A stretch of DNA of 64,000 nucleotides from Octopus vulgaris (lineage: Eukaryota): assembly GCA_951406725.2 (NCBI GenBank), contig OX597817.1:125488001-125552000 (forward strand). Reading direction: 5' to 3'. Below are positions 1 through 12,298 of the stretch, piece by piece. Below the pieces are notes generated by a model, which saw nothing but the letters and a program-made list of their open reading frames with translations, did not search any database and was not told where the DNA came from. Numbering within the stretch: position 1 is the stretch's first letter; the number at the start of each line of letters is the position of its first letter. Position numbers and translations under genes: made by a program.

Positions 1-2
1 AC

Positions 3-107
3 CCATTAGTTAAAGTTGGAGAACAGTCCTTAACTCGGATTTATGCAGAAGACCTATGTCATTGTTTTACTGGCTGTTGTATTCCTGGTGTAAATACTGG
101 TTTCTGA
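3..107 (+). CDS. Possible last coding exon of an unidentified host gene (5'-truncated by window edge)
   Basis: Open frame PLVKVGEQSLTRIYAEDLCHCFTGCCIPGVNTGF* in non-repetitive sequence, followed by AT-rich DNA with AATAAA near 318 and 343. No homolog recognised. Confidence 0.3.
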   Translation, partial: PLVKVGEQSLTRIYAEDLCHCFTGCCIPGVNTGF

Positions 108-583
108 AAGCTCTTCAACACACTATCATTATAACTGTTAACCATGTAGATGTTAAAGTTTAAATCATTTCAGTTCAGTTTTACTAAAACATTCAGTCTT
201 GCAGATAAACCTTGGAAATAAGTTATTTGCTACACTTGGCTACAGTGTTTCAAACATCTATACATATCCATTTGAAGTAGTATGAATGAAAGAAAAAGAA
301 AATTTAATTTGACAAGAATAAAGTAAAAAAAAAAAAATCGAAAATAAAGATTGATTTAGAGTAACTTCAAAATAAGAATTTTTTATTTTCTATTTTATTT
401 ATTTCATTCTCTTACTATTACTATCATTATTTTTACTATGTAATATTGAGCACGAAAAATGTCTACGAGAGAATATCAATTAATCTGATTACAGTGGTTA
501 GTAGGTAAGTGTTAGGTGTGAGAAAATGTGCATGAATATAAACATACAAATATGTAAGTATGCATTTATGTATGTACATAGAA

Positions 584-615
<32 letters not shown>

Positions 616-1308
616 ATATGTAGGTAGGTAGGTATATATATATATATATAAAATATAAACACACGTATAATAGATATTAAAAAAAATATATATTTATATG
701 TCTGTAAATACACTATATACACTCATACCTGCACACACATACACATACATATGTACACACGTGTGTATGTGAGGTGGGTCTACAGACATATGTATACTTT
801 GTAAATTAAAACCAGGATTAATGAGTCTGCTAGTGTTTTCAATTCAATAGTGGAAATACTTCAATATATTTACCATTCTTTGTACTGCAGAAGTATTAAT
901 ACTTGTTTCTTGGCATCTTTTAAAGTACTTTTATAAAATATTGTAATCCGTAATTAAAGTCTTAGTTTCAACATGTAAATATTAAAAAATCATTAAATAA
1001 AAAATAACTGCATAATATTTTTACAAGGAGTTTTATTCTAAATTTTAATTACAAAACTGCTTCAAACTGAAAATAAATGGAAAACATAAGTGCTCTACTA
1101 ATAAACTTTTCAAATAACTAAACAAAAATAAGAAAAACTAACAAAAGGGCTATGATATTACATAAAATTTCACTTCATTATTTTAAAATAATTCCTTTTG
1201 TCTATTTATTTTCAGGTTACAAATATATTTAAACTGTGTCATTTGAATATGCACATGGTGCTCAATTCCTATTGAATTGTGTTTTAATCAGTTTCATTAT
1301 CACTAAAA

Positions 1309-1341
1309 TCATTATTATTATTATTTTTTAAATTATTATTA

Positions 1342-1387
<46 letters not shown>

Positions 1388-1398
1388 CATTATTATTA
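1309..1398. repeat. (ATT/TAA)n microsatellite
   Basis: Direct reading. Confidence 0.95.
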
Positions 1399-1404
1399 AA
1401 TATA

Positions 1405-1535
1405 TAGTTGTGAATGCATGTGCCAATGTATCCTTATCAGATGAGTAGTCATGATGGGTATACTGGGCTTCATATATTTTACCCCAGTGTCACTTTGATG
1501 GCATTCATTGCTCTCTCAGTCAATAACAATGACAA
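1405..1535 (+). mobile_element. 3' end of a TAA-tailed retroelement family
   Basis: GTAGTCATGATGGGTATACTG..CATATATTTTACCC..CTGCTCTCTCA module recurs at about 2329-2410 and 28402-28480, where it ends in (TAA)n. Confidence 0.6.
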
Positions 1536-1537
1536 TA

Positions 1538-1855
1538 GAATCTGGAGCATGCGAACAATAAAGGTCAAGAATTTGGGGCATGAAAACAGTAAAGATCATG
1601 CCTATAATAATTGGTGCATTGAGAACAGTAATCCAAGATATAGACAAATGGATGAAGAAGGAGACTCAAATAGAATGCCTGATAGAGCTCCTATAGAAAG
1701 TTTGTCTCTTAAGTACAGCAAGGATTATCAGGAGGATTCTAAGGACTTGAAAGTCTGTTGAAAACTTGGGGATACCTAAGGTTGCGGGTAGTAATCTGCT
1801 ATCCACACAATTCCTACCAGGAACAAAAACTGAACCCGAGCCAAACCAAAAAACA
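1538..1855 (+). pseudogene. R4/Dong-type non-LTR retrotransposon, RLE C-terminus plus 3' UTR (decayed)
   Basis: Reads RIWSMRTIKV..PIIIGALRTV..KWMKK..L*KVCLLSTARIIRRILRT*; same family as 27012-27560, including the shared UTR GATACCTAAGGTT..GAGCCAAACCAAAA. Confidence 0.75.
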
Positions 1856-1929
1856 AATTTCCTATTACAATACTGGGCACTGGATCTCATAGCTTGTGAT
1901 CTTAATTGACTGGAAGTATTATCATGCAC

Positions 1930-2425
1930 ATACTTTGTCTTGGTGTAAAAGATGGGATACAGCAAATATTCTGCTCAATACCACACATTTGCATGTCACG
2001 TGTTTGATATTAACCAGCTGAGCATGTCCCTTGGTGGTTGACAATATATACATCTCTGATCATGAGTAGAAGTAGTTGGGGAGCAACATAACCATGTTTT
2101 GAGAGGAATTCTATGGGGTTTGAATATTTCTGGAAACATGGGCATTTTGTTCAATATCCTTAAACAACCCTTATTCAAGGTCCATTTGAGTGGGATGGGC
2201 TACTCAACCGGAAGAAAGTTCTAACTGGGCCCCACCTGCAAGGTCACGTGCTGTTGACCTTAATATTAGATCACCATGTCATGCACATATGGATGTGATG
2301 CCTGGCTCGGTTTTCCCTTATGAGACAGGTAGTCATGATGGGTATGCTTGGCTTTGTACATTTTACTCCAGTATCACCTTGAAGGCATGCACTGCTCTTT
2401 CACTTAATACCAATAGTAATAAAAA
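1930..2425 (+). mobile_element. Longer copy of the TAA-tailed retroelement 3' region
   Basis: TGGGCCCC.CCTGCAAGGTC..AGATCACCATG..GTAGTCATGATGGGTAT shared with 28277-28503. Confidence 0.55.
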
Positions 2426-4069
2426 TAGACAATAGTCATAAACTACTACGACTTCCTTATATGTTAAATGCACACAAATATTTTGCTTTTCTTACATTGC
2501 AATATATTGCAAAAGATTACATACTATATTTACAGCAGCATTAAAATGACATACTGACATACATTAATACAATATTAGTCTCTAAATTGCTATGTCTATT
2601 CTGAGAGATGCATCAGGCCTATTACCTATGCATCTCCATACACCTGCTGATATATATAGATAGGTATGGTTAGATGAAACTGATTAATAAGAGCATTTAG
2701 GAAAACAGTTTTTTTGGAAACAACTTCTTTGCTAACATTTTCTGAAACATCATAGTGGATTTAATTCTAATTGCAGTTCCATGAAGATTCAGCTCTTGAA
2801 ACTGTTCTCTGTTACACTTTAATTAATCCACTGTGGACTTTTACAATGCAAAAACAATTTAGAAGTTAGAAAATTAGATCATTAACATATTTTATTCACA
2901 ATGGATGTAATTAACAAAATTTTAATATTTTTCAAATTTGTCCAAATTTTAAACATACATTTCTGTGTGTGTTTATGAATTTATGCTTAACAAAGTTTTA
3001 GTAGTATTCATTAGTATTTAGTATTATTTATTAATACTAGGTAAACAAAATATAAACTTTTTTAATCTACATAATTAAAAAAGATTTACAATTTCCACAA
3101 TTTGGAAACAAAATCAATTGTTTCCTTTCTTATTCTCTCAGGTATGCTTTAATTAGATCGATGTTGACCTAGGCATTTTTGTTTGTAGAAATAATGCAAT
3201 ATTATTTTGTTAAAAAAAATTAGAATATTTATATAATTTATAAACTTATGCATGCTTTTATATAAACAAACATCTATAATAAACAACTAAATAAAAGTCT
3301 TAAAAAATCTAATATTTCAAACCGATAATCAATTAGAGTAGATTAGAAAATGATTTATTTGTAATTTTGTTTATGTATATACACCGTAAATAATTTTGCA
3401 TACTTTAGATATAAGCATAAGATAAGGACTTTACTACATTAAGTATATTAATTTCAAATTATGTTTGGCACTTTAACACTCCAGTCAAGAATTATGAAAG
3501 AATTTGTTTTCCCACATTTCACTAGTCAATAAACAAAAAGAAAGCAGCCATGAAAATCAATGTGTTATATGAACTGAGTAGAATAGAGTCAAATATTTTA
3601 TTGACTTCAGAATATAGCAGCATGCAAATTTTTCTAAAAATACAACATCAAATTATATGCATAATTCGTAATGAAACAAGTAATAGAAGTTACTAAATTT
3701 CTGGAATGTGACAATTGAGAATTCTGTTAAAATAGAAAATAAATATTTCCATAAGCCATACCTGCAAGAATCTTATTGTAATTATGTTGCTTTTAAATTT
3801 ATTGTGCTGATCTCATTGGAATGAAAATATATCTCTAAAAAATATATATATAATTTCATTAATGCAAAATTAATCTGCTGAATATGCAACTTTTAGCAAA
3901 ATCAGTCTAGTAGTGAAATATTTTCTGCTATATTTAGTTATAATCCTTTGAATTCTGAGTAAAAGTCTTACAGAGGTCACCTTTATATTTCAATGTATCA
4001 GGACTGAATTACCAGAGAGTTCGTGACCATGCAGTAAAAAAGTTTGTTTTGCAACTATGTGGCTGAACA

Positions 4070-4295
4070 TGGCCGATGCCAGTGCCGCCTTGACTTGCTT
4101 CTCTGCCGGTGGCACATGACCTGCTGTGCTTGAGGAGACCTATTGAGTCAAGTACATCAACATCAAAATAAATATCAAATGGAAATTGTAGTAGTGATAC
4201 CTGTGCCGGTGGCACGTAAAAAGTACCACCTGAACGTGGTTGATGCCAGTGCCTCTTTGACTGGCTTCTGTGCCGGTAGCACGTAAAAGCACCAA
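4070..4295 (+). mobile_element. RTE LINE 3' UTR fragment with tandem GTGCCGGTGGCACGTAAAAAGCACC units
   Basis: Homologous to 5665-6030 and 26350-26865, and to the UTR downstream of the RTE coding relic at 36180-36985. Confidence 0.75.
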
Positions 4296-4309
4296 CTGAT
4301 TATCCCAAA

Positions 4310-4640
4310 AGAACAAAGGACAAAAGTGACTTCGGCAGAATTTGAACACAGAATGTAAAGATGCACGAAATACCACTAAGTATTTTGCCCCATGTGCTAA
4401 CAATTCTGCCCTTAAAGTTTCTTGTAATATAGTTTTCACATTTTGGCACAAGGTTAGCAATTTTTAGGAGTGGGTAAGTCAGGATCATCGACTAGATTGC
4501 TCACCTGATATTTATTTTTATCGACCCTGAAATGACAAAATGAAATGTCAACCTCAACAGAATTTAAACACGGAATATAAGGATGGACAAAATAATGCTA
4601 AGCCTTTTGCCTGGCATGCTAATGATTCTGCCAGCTTGTC
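4310..4640 (-). mobile_element. Two decayed Nin-domain-type tRNA SINE fragments
   Basis: TTTTATCGACCC.GAAA.GA.AAA..AAAGT..AC..C..CAGAATTT.AAC; homologous to 47854-48085. Confidence 0.65.
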
Positions 4641-5664
4641 AACTTTAAAATTTCTTGTAAAATTGATAAATAGAAAGTTGTAACCTTGCATCCGTGTGAG
4701 AAATTGCACAGCCACATGCTTGGAGTTGAAACCACACATCACTTCCAGCCCTACCAATAGCAACACTGCTGCCACCACCACCACCACCACCACCCCTGCC
4801 ACTATTACTACTACTACTCTGCAGAAGTTGAAAAATAGTAGATTTTTCCAGTAGTTCATTCTTAACATGAAGGCCATTTACTATTTGTTTGTGGCATTAG
4901 ATTATCATAATATATAGAAAGATTATCATATTGCCAGTGAAAAAATGTAGTAACTGGTGTGCTACTATTAATCCTGCTGCAAAGTGAAGAACAGTGACAT
5001 TGAAAAATGGTAGAGAGAGACAATGACATTAGATTCTCTTTAGAGCTTTGTGGAGAACAGTTAGCCATATAAATTATATATAGGTTTTTAATATCACTAT
5101 TGAGAATATCTTACATGTAAATATACCCATAGATATACAACTAGACATTGATGAAACAGTACCATCATGATACCAGACAAATAAAATAAGTTAAATATTT
5201 TCTGCATCCTTTCATATTGCCTTTAATTAGCAGTAGTTGATTGCTAAGTTCACTTAAAAGTTTGAATAAAAAGTTTTGAAAATAATTGTATTTCCTAACA
5301 GGTTGACTCATTTGTATTGTTGGACAACATAAACTAGTGTAGACAGTAACTATATAGAAAGATAAAGCACCTGTCTATTGTCTACAGAGTGATAAATTCC
5401 AACCTTCTTAAATCATTGTGGTGGCTAGACACATGATCTGCTCATCCTTCTTTATAACTCAATGGTTAGTATTAAATAGGGCATCAATGCATTAACTGAT
5501 AATTTGCAATCATTTTTTTTTTACTAATGCTGTTATGATATATTATTTTAAGGGAACATAATATAAAATGCCCACAGGCATATGGCATAGTGGTTAAGAG
5601 CACAGGCTACTAACCCCAAGATTCCGAGTTCAATTCCAGGCAGTGACCTGAATAATAATAATCA

Positions 5665-6030
5665 TCATCTGACTGTTGCCAGCGCCACCCCGACTGGCCT
5701 CGTGCCGGTGGCACGTAAAAGGCACCATCCGTTCGTGGCCATTGCCAGCCTCGCCTGGCCCCATGCTGGTGGCACGTAAAAAGCACCATCCATCCATGGC
5801 CATTTGCCAGCTCCGTCTGGCACCTGTGCGGGTGGCACGTAAAAAGCACCCACTACACTCATGGAGTGGTTGGCATTAGGAAGGGCATCCAGCCGTAGAA
5901 ACACTGCCAGATCATACTGGGCCTGATGCAGCCTCCTGGCTTCACAGACCCCAGTTGAACCGTCCAACCCATGCTAGCATGGAAAGCGGATGCTAAATGA
6001 TGATGAGGATCATCATCATCGTCATCATCC
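5665..6030 (+). mobile_element. RTE LINE 3' UTR and terminus
   Basis: Three tandem hairpin units, GGTTGGCATTAGGAAGGGCATCCAGCCGTAGAAA motif, ends GGATGCTAAATGATGATG. Confidence 0.8.
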
Positions 6031-6126
6031 TTTCCATGCTGGCACCACCACCACCACCACCACCACCACAACAACAACAACAACATATACCTTAGGAATG
6101 AGAATCCAGGTTCAAAATTTCCCCAA

Positions 6127-6172
6127 GACACCTGATGAAAGTTGGAGAGTATAACAGTCAAAACGTTGTGTT
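6127..6172 (+). ncRNA. Minimal type I hammerhead ribozyme motif (decayed)
   Basis: GACAC-CTGATGA-stem II-(A for G)AAA-CG-TT-GTGTT; stem I GACAC/GTGTT pairs; palindromic stem III AACGTT. Confidence 0.6.
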
Positions 6173-6279
6173 AACAACAAATAAGATGGGGACAAATATC
6201 TCTCAAATGTAAATAATGTAAATAAGAATATAAAATATCTTATATCATCTCATCTTCTTCGTCCACTTATACCTGGAAG

Positions 6280-6480
6280 GTAGAGTCCCCAAGCATCTTT
6301 TCCATCATGTCTTGTCACTAGCAACCATTTCCACTGAAGCAAAACCAGCCAAGCTCACGGACGTCATCTAACCATTCTATTTGCCGTCTACCCTTGGGTC
6401 ACCTAAAAGTTGGTTTTGCATATAGAACCTGTCCAGCAATTCTTTTATAAGACATTCTTACCACATGTCTAGCTATGGAG
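6280..6480 (-). pseudogene. RTE-type LINE C-terminal relic
   Basis: Minus-strand HVVRMSYKRIAGQVLYAKPTFR*PKGRRQIEWLDDVRELGW resembles the RTE GHV.RM..GRP..W motif. Confidence 0.6.
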
Positions 6481-7305
6481 CTGTGATTTCTTAATTCGAA
6501 GAAGTAGTAGCTCCATTTGCAGCGACTCTCTAATCTCTAACCAGCACATTCTATTGAGTAACATTACAAGACCCTTCAAATTTGAAATATTCTACTGCTA
6601 TATACTATATGCATAGATATTTTACTGAGGACAATCCTCTTATATGACTTTAGACAACTATCAGAAGTTATCTGTAAATAGATGAAGGAGCAGAAGAACT
6701 GCAAAATTAATGAAACAAGTGGTTACAGAAATGTAATTGTTGATATTTTTGTCAGGAATAAAGAACTAATAAATTCTAAGATGCTCACAATGATACAAAA
6801 GTGCTAAAAATCAGTCATATTCAACTTCACCAACAAAGGGAAGTATATTTTATGTAGTGAATGAATCTGCTAGAAATAGCAGTCAATTCTCTCACAAATC
6901 ACACCATATTATCTTGTAACGGTAATATGGATCTTTGGATAACATGGTCAGCAGTATTTTATGACTATCAAAAATGCAAGACATCGTGGATAGAACACAA
7001 CTGTTCATGATGTCTGCTAAACAAAAGACCAATGCTGGCTTGGAGCAAAACGGCAATAATCGTCACAGCTATGCTACTAAGTAAATCTTGATTAAATGCA
7101 ATATTTATGTGCGTTTGTATGTGTGAGTGTGTATGTATATGTGTGCATGTGTATGTGTGCATAATACAAGTATTGTAAGTAACCTTACAACTTTATTAAC
7201 TGTATGAATAATTTCAAACTAACCCAGCTCATATATTTTATTGCTTCACATTAATGTTGCTTTTTTTTTTTTATAGATTTATGATATTTTGATTGAAATT
7301 TCATG

Positions 7306-7488
7306 AGAGTGTGAAACAAATGTGACAAAATCTAAAATGCATCTGACTTTTGAATAAAGATATTTGAGCTGGTATACAAATGCTCAGTCTTTGACACAAA
7401 CCATTCAAACTATCGAATAATTTTGATACAAATTAAAGTAAAAATTGGAGCAAAGAATGATCCAGTTATGAATAATACCCAACAAATA
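7306..7488 (+). repeat. Local duplication of unique DNA (partner 12116-12298), each copy followed by a SINE
   Basis: AGAGTGTGAAACAAATGTGACAAAATC..AATACCCAACAAATAGG occurs twice, 4810 bp apart, with few substitutions. Confidence 0.9.
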
Positions 7489-7853
7489 GGAGCAGGAGTG
7501 GTTGCATGGTAAGTAGCTTGCTTACAAACTACATGGTTCCAGGTTCAGTCCCACTGTGTGGCACCTTGGGTAAGTGTCTTCTACTATTGCCTCAGGCTGA
7601 CCACAGCCTTGTGAGTGTGGATTTGGTTGATGGAAACTGAAAGAATCCCATCGTATGTGTGTGCATATGCATGTTTGTGTGTCTGTGCTTGTACCCCTAC
7701 CATCGCTGGACAACTAATGTTGGTGTTTTTACGTCCCCGTAACTTAGTAGCTTGGCAAAAGAGACTGATATAATAAGTACTAGGCTTACAAAGAATAAGT
7801 CCTGGGGTCGATTTCTTCAACTAAAGGCAGTGCTCCAGCATGGCCACAGTCAA
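7489..7853 (+). mobile_element. tRNA-derived SINE with CORE-like domain (family A)
   Basis: A/B boxes (GTGGTTGCATGGTAAG, GGTTCAGTCCC), GGCACCTTGGG.AAGTG core, internal (TG)n, tail GGC.GTGCTCCAGCATGGCC.CAGTC. Confidence 0.85.
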
Positions 7854-9222
7854 AAGAATCTAATTTTTTCAAATTTCTGTGCATGTATACAAAAATTATT
7901 GATATACAAACTCTCCCAAGTTACAAAAAACCTGACAAAAAACAAAATAAGAATGGAACTCTAAACTGTCAAATGTATATAAACCAGAACCTATTTAAAT
8001 AATTTTTACAGTGTCATACATTTGCATACTCCTTTTTTTGTTTTCAGTGTTGAAGATGCAGTTCAGTTAATATATCATTAAATTATGTTATTTATCACCA
8101 TAAGCTACAAACCAGATGTCTGTTCAAGATAAAACTATTCAATTTTATTTTGTTTGCTGAACTTTTGCCTAACATTCATGCATGTGTATATGTGATTGAA
8201 TGGGTATCATTTAATTTCCTCTGTACTAGTGGTGGAAAAAATGTGGTTACAAAGTTAGTTACCAAACCAAGAGTAAAATCAAAAGTAAATGTGTCATTTA
8301 CACTTAGATAGAGTCCTCCTTAGAAATAAAGAAAAGCATTTTATCCTATAAATTAAAATATGTAAAAATAAATAAATAAATGAATAAATAAATAAATAAA
8401 TAAATAAATGGAAGTTATTTGCTTTTTCTGTTTTTTTCATGCATGACTTGGGGATTTATTTTTATTGAGTTTTAATTTCAAAAGAAGCATTATCTGCATG
8501 GTTTGTGTAATTTTTTCCTTCATTCCCACCTCCCCTTATTTCACATAATAAAAACTGTCTTAAAAACAAACGAGCACAATTAAATTTTGGGCAATTGCTG
8601 TTTATTTAAAATTATCTTCATGTTATCTAATCCCCATTGGAATCCTTTGATGCCTGATCATTTACACCCAAATGATAAAAATAAAATATGTGCTTCTAAA
8701 GATTTTTAATTAGCTTCAGGCTAAATAAATTGAATTTTTCCTCCCCACCACTAAAAAAAAACAACAACAAAAAACCCAAAAAACTAATAAACTTTATGAT
8801 AGTGAATTGGGGAAACTGAACATTAGGGATATCACTTCAATTATCATTTGGTTGTTGGTATTGTTGATTAGCTTCCCTTTCCCATCAGTTCTGATCAAAT
8901 AGACCCGAGATCAAATAGATCCATGATCAAAAGTATTCTGGATGCATCCATTCTTTCTTTTTTCCAGACATTTTGCAACAGGTTCTTTCTTTCTAAATAT
9001 GATGTATTGTGGTTTTATGAATATTTGTGCTGCTGATTCCTGCAGTGAGTGTGTAGTGTGGTCAGTGTGCTGTGCCACATTAACCAATATACGTAGTCAT
9101 TAATCAGTACCAGTGGTTCCAGAGCGTGTCGAAGACAAAACTATCCAGTGTATCTTCATTTAAGAGAGTAAGGTGTAATTCAAGGGAAGTTGGTTGCTTT
9201 TTCTCAGGATCAGTAACCATAT

Positions 9223-9691
9223 AAGTGATCCCTCATACTTTGCGGTTCAACTATCATGGATTCACAACTTCACGGATTTTAAAAATATATATATATGAAC
9301 GCCTAACGTTTTTCCTTAAATCCATTAAAATATTAATAATAAATATTATTTCCTTGTCTAGGAACAACAAAACAAGCCTAAAATAGCAAAAAAGCATATA
9401 CAGGGGTATTTGAACTTAACGAGCTGTGATTGATGTAATGAAAAGAGACGATGAATCACTGCTTTCTATTTTGTAATCTGGCATGTGCAACAGTAACAAT
9501 CTTTATTTTTATAAATCTAAAGTGTTATTGCTTAACAGTTGTCCTTGTTATTAATAGACTACTGTAATGGGTGGGTTATTGACAGTACAGGGAGGGTTTT
9601 AAAAGTCCAAATACATGTTAAATAAACACTGTAATCCAGGTAACGTGGCCAGTCTCGGAACCAATCTACCATGATAAATGAGAGATCACTG
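9223..9691. mobile_element. Tc1/mariner (Tigger/pogo-like) MITE
   Basis: Imperfect TIRs AGTGATCCCTCAT / ATGAGAGATCACT; non-coding interior. Confidence 0.55.
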
Positions 9692-10315
9692 TTGAAGCTT
9701 CTTCTATAGGTCTGTTTATTATTAATATGTAAAACTGAATATCTCAGCAGGCATTCTTAATATTTATCATTAACACAGACACACAAGTAGGTTCAAGTTT
9801 ATAGGGGATAAAAACGATGGTTGGATGACACTCATGCCTTACTCACAGTTAAATGAAATGGTTACAATTTGTATTTACATTTGCACATCAGATTTGTCTT
9901 GTTTGGTTTTAAACTTTATTGAAAATGTTGTTGACTTTATTTACTTATATACTTTTGTAACATTTTCATTTCTGCTTGCAAATGAAATTTTTATACAGAA
10001 GTTAGAATTACAGTAAAGTAATTTGGTGTGTCTGGTAATAAGTACTGGTACTTATTTTATAACATATTTAGAGAGAACATTATTGTTATCATCATTTTAC
10101 GCTTAGTCTCTATGGGTGAACAATTTATTTCTTATATAAATCACACCCTACTGCCTTAAATGAGCTAAGGTGCTTGGATAACAGTGATAGAAAGTGACGG
10201 ATGATTATGCTGGGAGAATCTTTACTTATAGGTCTGCTCTATCAGTGCTAATCTTGGTTAAAAATAATGCAAATATTAATATTTAACATTGGAACAAATT
10301 AGTGTTAGTTATATA

Positions 10316-10683
10316 CTCTTTTACTCTTTTACTTGTCTCAGGCATTTGAAACAAGTAAAATTGACCCCAGGACTTATTCTTTGTAAGCCTAGTACTTATT
10401 CTATCGGCTTCTTTTGCAGAACTGCTAAGTTATGGGGACGTAAACACGCCAGCATCGGTTGTCAAGCGATGTTGGGGGGGACAAACACAGACACACAAAC
10501 ATATACACACACATACATATATATATATACATATATACGACGGGCTTCTTTCCATTTCTGTCTACCAAATCCACTCACAAGGCTTTGGTCAGCCCAAGGC
10601 TATTGTAGGATACTCTTGCCCAAGGTGCCACACAGTGGGACTGAACCCAGAACCATCTGGTTTGTAAGCCACTCCTATGCCTA
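10316..10683 (-). mobile_element. SINE family A copy with internal deletions
   Basis: Reverse complement of the 12299-12706 family. Confidence 0.85.
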
Positions 10684-12298
10684 TATGAAACTCAATACTT
10701 GATTAGAGCCTAATTTTTCTGAGCTGGGGAGGACAAAAAGTGAAGCTAACCTCGACAGGATTTAAACTGAAAATGTGTAAGGCCATAACTAAATACTGTT
10801 AAAATGTTTTGTCTGATGCTCTTAGCATTCTATCTATTCCTTGATTGCAACAATAAACAATACTGATGTTTTAGATTAGCAAAATACCAGAAATTTATAA
10901 GGAAAGGAAGCATTTGAATTAGCACCAGTTCATGCCCAATATTTAGTACAATATGATGGTAGTTATTTTATTCTACCCACCTCCAGTGCAGATGGAGGGA
11001 AGACAAGGCTAACATGATGAAAGTTGAATTGAAAATGTTAGAGAAATGAAATTAAATACTACAAGATTTTTAGTCTGTCTGGCATTCAACCAATTCTGCT
11101 TACTTGCCACCTCATAAGCTTCCACAATGATGAGAAGAAATTTCTTTTTTAATCTATTTGAAAGCAAGCTTTCTCAATTCTTTTCTTTTCATTTCATTTG
11201 TGTTTGGCAAAAAATCACATGAAACTTTAGCTACGTTTGTTTGCTCTTTGGTTAAGAAGAGTGCATAAAAGTCACGTGATAGAGTGACTGTCTCCACAGA
11301 ATAAACAATTGGAGCTTATGAAAGAAAATATAAAAAAGATATGAATGAAAAAGAAAACAACAACAACAACAATAATAATAATACGAAAATTTCCAAAAGG
11401 TCTTCCAATAACACAGATCACTATCTATTTGATCTTTATTGTGTAAAGTTTATGAAAAAAGCAACTAGTAAAGATGTTCATTTATATTTAATACGAAAAA
11501 AAAAGTACATAGAGCATTGGTTTCTGTGTGTTTCTTTTGAAATGATAATCTGAAATATTTTCTCTATACAACTAAACTGAGTAATGTGTGGGAAGTGACA
11601 CCAACCAGCTTCTCAATAGACTGGTAGCTTTGCCTCTCCCTTGATAATATTGGCATCAATAATAATAGTACTATTGAAGGAGCTCCAAATCCTTTGTTCA
11701 AAAAAGTAAAAGATAAGTTCCTCAAGGGAGTTAAATAAAGTTTTCACTTCCTTTGCAATCAAAGAAGCAAAATGACAGAATGCAATGAACACTTTTAAGT
11801 CAGAAGTTTGAATGTTTAATAGCATATTAACAGCTGACGTTCATTAAGGAAACAATTATTAAAAAGAGATCTACTACATTCTGCCGTCAGCTTTTTTCTC
11901 ACTAATGTTAATGCCTGCTTATTCATCATTTGAGCGATGTTAACTCCATGTTTCACACTGTATTACAGTATTGCCAAGACACAATAATCTCATGTCCCCA
12001 TTTAACTATTTCTTCAAAATAATTCAAGCTCTCTTTCTACTTACTTGGTCTACTGCTATCATCAAGTTGCCCCTGAGGAAGCCTCTATGTGGCTGATCAA
12101 CCTGACAGAAATACCAGAGTGTGAAACAAATGTGACAAAATCTAAAATGCATTTGACTTTTGAATAAAGAGTTTTGAGCTGGTATACAAATGCTCAGTCT
12201 TTGACACAAACCATTCAAACTATCGAATAATTTTGATGCAAATTAAAGTAAAAATTGGAGCAGAGTATGATCCAATTATGAATAATACCCAACAAATA

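Larger units (their letters stand above)
5570..6226 (+). mobile_element. tRNA-derived SINE with hammerhead-containing tail, interrupted by an RTE 3' end
   Basis: A box TGGCATAGTGG (5583), B box GAGTTCAATTCC (5626), hammerhead motif at 6127-6172, (TGTAAATAA)2 tail, candidate TSD AATATAAAAT at 5560-5569 and 6227-6236. Confidence 0.7.

Noticed and set aside
5577-5650. tRNA gene (also 63094 and the SINE A heads)
   Set aside because: A/B boxes are present but there is no convincing cloverleaf, and the sequence continues into SINE bodies.
5665-5850. CRISPR array or pistol ribozyme
   Set aside because: Eukaryotic RTE UTR with related rather than unique spacers and no cas genes; the CACG-TAAA similarity to pistol lacks the long P1 loop and the P2/P3 elements.
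11581-11830. VTPTSFSIDW (FN3-like) and a 70-aa minus-strand ORF
   Set aside because: Immediate stop, weak splice signals and no further domain motifs.
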